From Octopus vulgaris (taxonomy: Eukaryota), in NCBI GenBank assembly GCA_951406725.2, contig OX597814.1:205282001-205346000 (forward strand): a DNA stretch of 64,000 nt, written 5' to 3'. The notes under the pieces are model-generated. The model ran no database searches. It worked only from the letters and a program-made list of their open reading frames with translations, and was not told the origin of the DNA. This document shows, one piece after another, positions 53,300 to 64,000 of the stretch (within the stretch, counting starts at the first letter, position 1; every line of letters starts with the position of its first letter). The position numbers and the translations under genes are program-made.

Positions 53300-54816
53300 T
53301 GTATGTATGTATGAATAAGTGTGTGTATGTATGTATGTATGTATGAATGAATGAATGAATGAATGAATGATTAAAGTGCTTACAACTGTTTCTGTTACAT
53401 GAAGTAGTGCACTCAGAACAGTGCTTGTGCAACAGCTTCCTTGGAGCCACACACACACACACACACACATGCCTGCACACACATCATCATCAGCATCTTC
53501 ATCTAACATCCATTTCCCATGCTGGCAGGAGTTAGATGGTTTGACAGGATCCAATGAGCTGCAGGGCTGTCAAGCTCCAATCTCAGCTTTGGCATGCTTT
53601 CTACGGCTGGATGCCCTTCGTAACATCAAAAATAATTTTCGCACCTATGTTCTTTTGATGAGTTATAAACGTGAAACCATGTGTGCCCAATAATGAGGAC
53701 TGTTTTGATTAGAAACTGTGTCCATGTCAAAATATATATATATTGTGATATTTCTCTGCATATTTAAATGTATATGTGCCCTCCCTTATTTGTATATGAG
53801 GGGTTATATATATACATATGTAATATGTACATACACACACACACATATATATATATATGTGTATGTATGTATATATTTTTTACATATATAAACCTGTATG
53901 CCAGCATCGAAGGTGGATGTTAAATGATGATGATGATATATATGTGCATGGGTGTATGTGTATGTATGTGTGTGTGTGTATACATATAAAGAGCTAGACA
54001 GATAGCCAGACATACCAATGGATGGACAAGAAGACAGATGGACAGGCAAATATAACAGTTTTTAAATTTTTCAATAATTGTGTTGTAAGAGAAAATTACT
54101 TTAATAAGTGACTAAAATAATTCACAATAGTAACAGCAAACTAATTCACGTAGAAATTTTGGTAAACTTTAAGTGACTTACCTGTGAAATTATAGAAGAA
54201 AGTGGAGGATGAATGGTTTGGAACTGTTAATAAGTAGAATGGTCCCCGGGTTATGAAAACTGTTATCTTGACATAGGAAGCTGACTCAGTCTCTTGGAGA
54301 GAAGACAGTGCTGGGAGGGTGGGTAAGAAGAGAGGAAGATAGATCGCCTCTGTGTATGTATATAAGAGAGAGTTAGGTATATAGGGGTGGAGTGGGGTGG
54401 AATGATGTTAAAGGATGTAGAGATAGTTAAATAGATGTGGGAGGAGATAGACAGTGTATGTTATAGTTAGAAAAAAAAAAAGGGAGGGAAGAGAAAAAGA
54501 TTACAATGCTAGTAGAGAGGTATGATGGCTGTATAAGATGTAAAAGGGAGTGAGAGGTAAAGATAAAAGGGAGTGATAAGGAAAGAGAGGGAGAAGAAAA
54601 TGTAGAAGTTAAAGTAGGAGAAGATAAAAGGGAGGTGGTAAAGGGGATGAGAAAGTGTGGGGGGGAATAAAAGAAGAGAAAAAAAAATGTGTTATAAATG
54701 GAACTGTGTGTGTAGAAAATTGTTGGGAGGTGGTGTTAGGTGTTGACGAAAGCAACTTACTATCAAATCTTGCAATATGCCAAAATCTAAACATCATCAA
54801 CAGCAACAACAACAAC

Positions 54817-54853
<37 letters not shown>

Positions 54854-55789
54854 CACGTTTCCATAACAACAAGAATTCAATTTGACAAAATTTCCAAAGT
54901 TTAATATTCCTCTCACTCCATGTTATTGGGAATATAATATTGGTCTAATGTTTTATAGAAGGCTGGACATTGTTGGGAAGTTGTGATATTCATGCTTTCC
55001 AGAAGAGCATTTAAGCTGAAAGGGAGGTGTAAAGGAATCAACTGAAGGAAGCTTTAGACCTGCTAAAAAGAACGGCCAAATATTTTTCAAATTACACCTA
55101 GCTAGCCAAACAAGGAACCTCTATGTGGTTACTAGATTTGCTAGAGATGGGTGCCAAATCTCCCTTAAATCAAAATCTTCTGAGTCAACGAAAAAGTTTT
55201 TATGTGGTCAATTAATCTGCTAGAAATAATTGCCAAATCTCCCTCAAATCACATCCTACAGAGCCAGCCACTGAATAACCATGTAGAACAGCAACTAAGC
55301 CTCTTTTGAATCATACCTTGTAATCTTAAAAACAATAGGAAGGAATGATACATTAGATAATGTAACCCAAGATACATCTAGGTTAAAACACAAATTCTGC
55401 AGATAATGATGTGTGTATCAATGACAAATAATCTGTTGGAGGAGAATTGGTGGAGATGTTTGGAATAAGCTTAATGCTAGTAGGGAGTGAAGAATATAAT
55501 ATTTTGAAACCTTAAACCCTTTGAATGAAAATGAAAAAGGGAGAGAAAGGCAGACCAGATAGCTAGCTAGATAGAGATAGAAAAGGAGGGAAGTTGAGAA
55601 TGGGGGAAGAGAGAGACAGGGTAAGTGGTGCTATCACTTGGGTTGTAAGTTTAAATAAAGTGATGAAAGATCTAAAATGGTGGACTGATGTCTTGACAAA
55701 TGTTGGGTAGAGGGGTCTTTTATATTTTTCATTGTTATGGCCCATAGGAAGGGACTATATCGATGGTCTTCACAAACTCTCAAAGACAG

Positions 55790-56125
55790 GTGAGGCTGAT
55801 GCCATTAGCACTCTGTTTGAACTGTTGCAAGTTGAATATTGCAGTAAAGACATATGAAAGGAGGAATTCCAGCAGAGAAAATGCTCTGAGGAAGGATTGA
55901 GTGAAGTGGTTAATTCAAAGCTTAGGGTGGTGGACACAATATGGGTGATGAAAGGGAGACAGACTGTGTTCAAGTGTGTTGAAAGTGTCTGTGTGGAGGT
56001 GGTACGAGACTGATAAGTTCTGAAGAGCAGAAACCATTGTAGTAGTGGTAGAAAAAACAGAGGGTGGAGACAACATGTCTATGGACCACAGGTTGGAGTG
56101 AGTGGCAAAGTGACTTCTTACCAAT
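55790..56125 (-). mobile_element. CR1/L2-group LINE ORF2 C-terminus
   Basis: SLQPVVHRHVVSTLCFFYHYYNGFCSSELISLVPP...HPYCV...WNS. Confidence 0.8.
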
Positions 56126-56194
56126 TAGTTGAGTGGTCACTTTTTTGATGTAATCTAGAATGTGTGTGTGTGTGTGGGGTATTTGAAGAGAAAG

Positions 56195-56507
56195 CACATG
56201 GCTTAGTGGTTTAGGTATTTGGCTTACAATTGTAAGGTCATGAGTTTGATTCCTGGTGGCACATTATGTCCTTGAGCAAGACACTTCATTTCACATTGCT
56301 CCAGTCCACCCAACTGGCAAAAATGAGTTGTACCTGTAATTTCAAAAGGGCCACCTTTGCCACACTCGATGTCATGCTGAATCACCCTGAGAGCTATGAT
56401 ATGGGTACATGTGTCTGTGGAGTGCTCAGCCACTTGCACATTAATTTCATGAGCAGGCTGTTCCGTTGATCAATTCAACTAGAACATGCATCATCACAAC
56501 TGACAAA

Positions 56508-56510
<3 letters not shown>
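56195..56510 (+). mobile_element. tRNA-headed SINE family A
   Basis: tggcttagtggtt..gagtttgattcc..gtccttgagcaagacact. Another copy lies at about 30945-31165. Confidence 0.85.
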
Positions 56511-56570
<60 letters not shown>

Positions 56571-56884
56571 TGTATGTGTGTGTGTGTAGCACAATCACTG
56601 TCCCAGAAGTGGGAGTGGTACTCTACTGGAAGTCTCATCTGATCTTTGAAGAAGGTTAATAGTTGTTGAGGACTGAAGTATTATCTGGTTCTAAAGAGAA
56701 AGATCAGTCTTTGAGATGTGGAGAAGTGTATTTGTCTGGTGAGATCTAGTGAGGTCAAGTATTTGGAAGGGTGGTGAGGGTTCTAGCTGTATACTGTCAT
56801 GTTGGAATGTGGATGGAGTGTGATGTTGTTCTCTTGGTATGTGAAGTGATTGGTGTTATTATTATCATTATTATTATCATTATA

Positions 56885-56917
<33 letters not shown>

Positions 56918-56919
56918 GA

Positions 56920-57120
56920 GGTGGTGAGTTGGCAGGTTCGTTAGCAATCTGGGAGAAATGCTTAGCAGCATTTCATCCGTCTTTACATTCTGAGTTCGAA
57001 TTCCGCTAAGGTCAACTTTGTCTTTCATCCTTATGGGTTCATAATAGTTGAGCACTGGAGTTGATGTAGTCGATTTACCCACTTCCCAGAATTGCTGGCC
57101 TTGTACCAAAATTTGAAACT
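56920..57120 (+). mobile_element. SINE family C, diverged
   Basis: ggtgagttggcag..gttagc..ctgagttcgaattccgctaaggtcaactttg. Confidence 0.8.
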
Positions 57121-57529
57121 ATTATTATCATTTTTAGTAGTATTATTATTTAAGATGTCGCACAGTATCCAATATTGTGATGTTTTCAATTGAAGATATT
57201 GTGTCTTCTGGAGGTTTGTATTGTCTATCAAGTCACAACAAGGACCTCACCCAGACAGTACTTTATGCAATATGTGTGCAGTTCCAAGTAATGTCAATTA
57301 TTGCAATATACCTAGATTGTAGAGGGCTTCTAAAGTTTTCAGATTATTATTATTATTATTTTTTTTTTTTTTTTTTACTTTTAATCTGCATGTTTGTTAC
57401 GGTCACTTGCCAAGACACACCCAGTTTCCTGGGGCAAGTAAAGGATAAGAGATGTTACAGTGTGACTGAAAGCTTGGGGAGGGGAAGTAGTGAAATATCT
57501 TCATGTAATACAACATAGACATTTAAATT

Positions 57530-57885
57530 TATATGGTTTTTCTAAGGATGTGGGCAGCACTTGTTAGTACAATCTTTTGGATTTCTCTGAGACATGGTTC
57601 TCCTGGGATCTTATCTAGATGTTTCTGTCATCCCTTTTTTTTATCATATCTAGGGCACCTACAATTAGAGGAACAGTTCTCGTTTTCAGATGCCACTTCT
57701 TTTGTATTTCAATTTCCAGGTCTTTATATTTACTTAGTTTGTCAAATTCCTTTACAGATATATTTTTGTCAGTGGGAACACTTACGTCTATTAGTGCACA
57801 AGTATTTTCTTGCCTGCCTTTAATAATTATATCTGGTCTATTTGCATGGATTATTCTGTCAGTGATGACTGGAAAATCCCATTAT
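57530..57885 (-). mobile_element. Dong/R4 LINE 3' fragment
   Basis: Minus strand: WDFPVITDRIIQANRPDIIIK...DVSVPTDKN...SKYKDLEIE...GAL...TSAAHILRK. Further pieces lie at 57250-57330 and 58305-58370. Confidence 0.85.
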
Positions 57886-58049
57886 TAGTTACTATTATTA
57901 TTATTATTCATGGTATGTGTGAATGTTTTACATTAAAAATCAATGTCCTTGATACCGTGTCACAACCAGTTTCCTTAGATATTGTGGACCTTTCTTACAA
58001 TCCTTATTCCCCAAAAGAGCAGATCTCAGAATTAATGCAACTCTCATAG

Positions 58050-58301
58050 TTTCACGTGTAAAAAGATTTGAGCAAGGTCATTGGCAGTACCGCCTGACTT
58101 GCCCCTGTGCCGGTGGCACGTAAAAAGCACCCACTACACTCTCAGAGTGGTTGGCGTTAGGAAGGACATCCAGCTGTAGAAACTCTGCCAGATCAAGATT
58201 GGAGCCTGGTGCAGCCATCTGGTTCGCCAGTCCTCAGTCAAAATCGTCCAACCCATGCTAGCATGGAAAGCGGACGTTAAACGATGATGATGATGATGAT
58301 G
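58050..58301 (+). mobile_element. Family R retroelement
   Basis: Module, body and (gat)n. Confidence 0.88.
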
Positions 58302-58499
58302 AAGTCTGACAGTGACAGTGCCTAGAGCACCTATAACATCTGAGATTACTTTTGTAGAAACCCTCCACAATCTTTGTTATTATTATTAATATATTTTTTT
58401 CAACATTTCATTATATGCAAACCGCCACACTAATAAATATCTGTCTTTGTATTGTCCCCCTCATCTGTCACCCTTGTGGTAAATAAATGAAATCATTAC

Positions 58500-58550
<51 letters not shown>

Positions 58551-58689
58551 GTTTTGCTTTTGCTTTCATTATTATTATTATTATTTGCTGTTGAAGAAGA
58601 CATGACTGGCATGATGCCAGAGTCAATACAGACACGACACAGTGTGTCTAGTTTAAACATGGATTATGCTTAGGTGCGGAACGGAAGTT

Positions 58690-59175
58690 TAGAATGGAAT
58701 GAAGGTTGGCACCATCTGTGTTGTCGTGAGTGTTGTGGGAGGTGATGGCAATTTAGTCATTGGTATATAGGAGGAAGAGTGTGATGACAAAACCCTGAAG
58801 TACAGGGCACAGCAGAGTCGATAAAGTGTGGGAGAGAGAGAGAGAGAAGAGAAAGAAGGAGAAAGATTGAGAGAGGATAAGTGAGAAGGAGAATGAGAGA
58901 GAGGGAGAGAACAAGAGAAAGAGTTCCTTAGTACACACACTGTGATGGTGTGATCTGGAACATTATCAGAGATGGTAGTATTGGTGGTTTGTAGCGACTG
59001 AAGATACTTTCTCTCTTGGCTTGAAAGTGAGCATAGTGATGAGTGACATGGAGTGGAAAGTGAGAGTTTTGGTGGATATGTTCTTGGTGAATGCAATGTG
59101 GAATTGGATGCAAAGCAGGTAGCATGTATGGCGGCTTCCTCAGGAGCACTGTTCACAGAGCCATCACCATGATGG
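58690..59175 (-). mobile_element. CR1/L2-group LINE fragment (linker between EN and RT)
   Basis: DGSVNSAPEEAAIHATCFASNSTL...PP...RKYLQSL...PDHTITVCVL resembles 'KA..L...FA.NSTL...GPD.I...VL'. Confidence 0.6.
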
Positions 59176-62100
59176 AAAACATATTTTCCATGCTGGCCTG
59201 CGTTGGATAGTTTGACAGGAGGTGGCAAACTTGAGAGCTGCACTGGGTGCCATTATTTGTCTGTTTTGGTATGACTTTCATGGCTGGAAGAAGCCCTTTC
59301 TAAAGTCAACCACTTTGCAGAGTGTGCTGGGTGCTTTTTACATGGCACCAGCACCAGCAGGGTTGCTAAGTAGCCTGCGAGACAAAGACCTCTCAGTTGA
59401 GAGAGGGAGTGGAACCAAAAGAAATAGCTGTGTGGCAAGCAAGAGATTAAAGTCTGATAGAGGGACAGAGATACTTGTCTTACAATAGAGGAGACACTTG
59501 GCTACTTCAGGAAGGAGAAGAAAGTGGGAGAGACTTAGGGAGAAAGATAGAGACAGTTAGAGAGAGAGAGAGGGGGAGATGGAGAGAGGGAGAGAGAGAG
59601 AAAGAGAGAGAGAGAGATAGAGAAATAGATGGTGTTGGAAATGTACTGGCGTCTACACAAGGAGTCTACCCACGGAGAACTGTGGGGGTGGAGTATAAGT
59701 AGTACAAAGGGGATAGAAAGGGATGTTCCATAAGAGTGTGAGGGAATGTGTTTAGAGAGCTTGAGGAATGTGTCCCCTACCTCTCTGCCACCACTTCAGA
59801 TGGTTCAAATGCTGGTCTTCTATGTGTTGCAGTACCAGGAAAAAGAAACCAAACTTGTAGGGTGGGTGGTTTTCTCCACAAGTTGTATGTTCTATCTTTT
59901 TTCACTTATCTGAACTTTTGTGGCTTAGTAACTTGTAAAATACTTAGTGGTGGTGTTGGGACTTAGTGCAGTGATTTTTTTTTTTGGGGGGGGGGCGGAT
60001 ATAGAGGAGTACAGTGAAGTATATGTATTATCAAGAGTAGTTGGTGTAGAACTAGCAGAGCTCCTACTAATCTCCTGACTTGATGTGCCATAACAACTGG
60101 TGGGTATGGAACCTTGAATAGAATGTGGACATGTGGTTGGTAATGGTGATAAGGTTGTGGTTGATCAAGTCAATAGATACTGGGATGGTTATAGTTTGGT
60201 GGAGGTGAGAAAGAGATCAATGTCGTTTGGTGTCTGACATTTAGGGATGTATGTAAGGGATGAAAGTAAATATTTTAAAGAAATAAGGATTTCAAAGGAT
60301 TCAGTTTCTATACTGACAGTTATCAGCAGGGAATGAGTGGGAGAGCAAAGAAGAGTTATGAACTGTAAAGTCTATGGCTCTGGTGAAAACTGAAGTGAGA
60401 CATCGAGGTGGAAGAGTAAATTCTACATATGCACTGAAATCTCTTCTAAGAGTGAAGTCCATGTGTAATCTGGACAGCAGAGATGGCCTATGTGTAAGGT
60501 TCATGAGATTTGTCTTGGAGAGGAATACCATGTGTTGATTGTATGTTAGTAAGAATTGCTGTTTGAGGGCAAGGTTGGACTGGAGTCAATGGATGTTAGA
60601 GAACAGGAGGAAGAATTATGTAGCAGTTTTAGAATTAGTTTTTGGCATCTATGGAAATGTAGAGGATGTCTATATTATGAAGTAAGGATGATATTTATAT
60701 GGAGCTGGGTGTGAATGCTTGCAAAAGAGCAAGCACTGGTGTAAGCACCTGTGAGCCAGAAGATGGTGTTGAACTAAGTGGTGTGATGCACCAGGGCTAA
60801 AGCAGTTTTTATCATAAGTCTGAGAGATCAAACCTAACTTGGGGCTAAATAACAAAAAACAACAACAACATTCTTGTAGTTTTTTTTTTGATTTAGTCAT
60901 AGGAAAGATGGTACTGCCTTTGATCTATTGCAGTGTTTCTGAAGATGGTGGTGGGCAAAGAGAGGGAGAAAAGCCCAACTCAAGCTTATTCTCAGTCAAG
61001 GAACCTGGTCCAAATGCTCACAACTCTTTCTCTGTAGACATTGATATGACACTAAATTTCTCACTCAAATACAAAAATGCATAATTTACTCATGTTTCAT
61101 CATTTCCAAGGGAATTTTTTTCATTCCTGGTTCACCATCCAATCTCTCGTCCTTCCTCAACCATGGTAACCTCCTCTCCTCCTCCACCTTCAGTAACTGT
61201 TCACTTGACAGCCTGCCATCTCATAGCACAACACTTCCCACTAACCGTCAATTGTCTTCTATTGTGAGATCTATTCCTTAACTGTTCACTTGATTGATAA
61301 ATCTCTCAGAATCTTTACTTTCAAAATTACCATTTTTTTTTACATATAAACCTCCCAGAGTATCTCTCCTATTTCTCATTACTTCAATCTCACTTTTGAG
61401 TTATAAATTGTGTACATAATATTTCAATCCACCCACCCACCTACCTACCTACCTACCTACCTACCTACCTAACTACCCACCCACTCACTTACGTACATAC
61501 GTTACCTACCTACCTACCCACCCACCCACCTACCAACCTGCATCTATAAATTACTACATAACTATATGTGTAATCACTCAACCTTTTAGAAATAGTAGCC
61601 AAATTTTCACCAAATTATATCCTACCATCTTAAAAATAAAAACACAAGCATTTTTACAGTGAGCCTTTCTTTCACTTGTGGTTGTCTTTGCAACAGTTTA
61701 TTATTCCTATTATTGTTGTCGTTTTGGTGTGTGAGAACATCCCTCATGATGGTGCAGATGGAACTGGATTATTACCAAATTTTCTTTTTGATATATTTTA
61801 CAAACAGAGAATTTCAATACATTAAGATGTTTAACCCAGTACCTGGGATAGATAGAAGATTTGTCTTTCAAACAACATCCTATTTTAATTTCTTGTTTTC
61901 CTCAATGAGAAAAGCAGTGAGTTGTTTGTTAACAAGGAAGGAAACCTTCGAACACATAAATACAAAATCTAAAGAAGATAAACAAAATAAAAATTTAAAA
62001 AAAAAACAGGATAAAAAATATGGTGATAAAACAAAGATACACCTGAAAAATAAAGTCAAAATTTCATATCTCAAAGCAAATTTGTTTGACGTCCAGGATA

Positions 62101-63639
62101 AAAGTGATAACAGCAACACCCACACCACATATACACACGTATTTGTTGGCAAACAGAAAATAAAGACAACGTTGGAGCTCATACATAGACATTGGCATCA
62201 AGTGAGAAATACAGACATGAAGACAATGGTTTTACCCAAATCATTGGCAACAATTTCTAAGCATGATCAGATCACAGTCCTAAATAGAGCTGGAGAAAAA
62301 TCCTATTTGAAAGGACTCAACAGAATTTATTTAGGAATGGGCAATGAGAAAACTGATCTGCTTTGTCCCTTGAAGGCAGGTGGGGTCTTTATGTCTGCCT
62401 TTATACAGCCAGTGAAGGGAAATTCTGACAGATGTAAAGGTAATCATTGAGTACACAGAGTGGGTTAAAGCTTATGATATTATTTTTCTGACCACCAAGA
62501 CAAAGGGAAAGGTGCAGAGATAGCCAGGTCTTATGCATAAACCTCTCTAAATGACCTTGAGCCCCAGTAATATAAAGGTAACAGTTGGAAATCTAGACCC
62601 CTGGTTAATTGTTGTCTTTGAAGAGCAATAAAGGTAAGTGAAAGGTGCATAAGGAACAAGGAGCAATATATAGTTGGGAGAGATTGTAATGAATTTGTAG
62701 GGCTTTATTAATCTTCAATACTGCAGTGCTTTACTAGAGCTGTACCCAGTTGATGGAGCAGATGGAGGGCATAAGATGGTACAGAAATAAAAATCAGAGT
62801 TTTTAGAGCTGTGATAACAAGAGCCATGTAAGGGCTGTTGTCACCAATGAAGGGCTGGTGGAGCAGAGAAAAAGGCAAGACAATAGGAGAAGCAGAAGAT
62901 TATAATTTCTAGAGCATAGTTGGTTACAAATCTGGTTGCAGCCCTAGCACAGCCTCTTCATCCTATGATGAGCAGAACATATTAGAAGGAAAGCAATAAA
63001 GAGTGGACTGGCAGAAAAAAGAGTGAATCCAAATTTAAGCTCACCCAAAAGAGTGAGGAGCTGCCTATTTTCGCAAAACATTGTTTAGTCATGTGGATTA
63101 GAAATAAGGATACAATGAATAGGATAACTGATGTGGATCCCTAAGTTTGAGGACAAGTAGTTTATGGAAGTAGATTTAAAAGAAGCTTTCTAACATTTGA
63201 ATGATAAACTGTTAATAAAGTGTTCATTAATATGCTAAAAATACCTTGAAGAAGCTAAGTTCAAGCCCCCTGGAAACTCCCTAATCAGTTCATATTAGAA
63301 GATATTGATGGGTGCTTTTGGATACTCCAAATCTCAGTACAAGAAATAACATAAGAGCAGAGCTGTAAGGGGCTCTGCATCAATCTAATAGTATTGAAAT
63401 GGAAAACTCTAAATGTCTCTCATAATTCTAAACTAACCGTTTTGCTTTAATTATTGCATGTTTCCATGCAATTTTGTAGTCATTCTGGTTTCTTCTATTA
63501 AATTTTAATATACACATTGTATAAAAGATGCTGCCCATCATTCTCACATTTTTATAACTTTGTCTTGACCATCTCACAAGTATTATGACTGGAATTTAAA
63601 AATATACTTTATAGCACGTGAAATTTTGTTAACATGATT

Positions 63640-64000
63640 ATGACTGAAAGCGGACAATACCACCACCGATGAAAACACCACTACAGCACCAGGAAGTTAT
63701 CTAAGAAGATTTAAGTACTCCTCTCATTTTATTTGGACTGCACATCTAAACCAAAACCTACTTCAATGCTACGAAAAATCCTGTGTAAACCCTTCTATTG
63801 ATATATGAAACAGTTAAGAAATACTGGGACAAATTTTACCCCAAATTAAGTACATCCTAGACTTGAAGAAGACAGTAACATTCACATGAAGCAAAGCCTC
63901 TCTTGGACTTGTGACCACCTCATCACATCACACTTTGAAAGTTATGCATTTGCAATCCAAGAACAGGAGATTGATACTAAATACCAAATCAACAAAAGAG
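63640..64000 (+). mobile_element. Dong/R4 LINE internal fragment, running off the window
   Basis: SLSWTCDHLITSHFESYAFAIQEQEIDTKY. Confidence 0.75.

Noticed and set aside
60000-60830. Possible Penelope N-terminal remnant on the minus strand
   Set aside because: Only vague motif resemblance; not enough to annotate.

Overview
This is a eukaryotic, AT-rich, microsatellite-dense window with no convincing host protein-coding exon, so it is most likely intronic or intergenic. The SINE families present look like those of octopus (coleoid cephalopod) genomes; this is recognition from memory, not a database result. Most ORFs in the track are artefacts of microsatellites or repeats. The window holds many decayed transposable elements: Dong/R4-clade RLE LINE ends in (TAA)n tracts, RTE, CR1-group and HERO-like LINE remnants, four mariner relics, hAT and piggyBac-like MITEs, two non-autonomous Helitrons, Penelope-like remnants, three tRNA-headed SINE families and about 20 copies of an (ATG)n-tailed RTE-type non-autonomous retroelement. 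The most interesting signals are: (i) three distinct minimal type I hammerhead ribozyme motifs plus a two-copy family with a variant core, mostly in (TA)n-flanked cassettes resembling Penelope pLTRs or retrozymes; (ii) a CpG-decayed 28S rRNA fragment covering the peptidyl-transferase region, lying between two near-identical inverted retroelements; (iii) variable-number arrays of hairpin/pseudoknot modules inside the ATG-tailed retroelement. All coordinates and alignments were read by eye and may be off by several bases.
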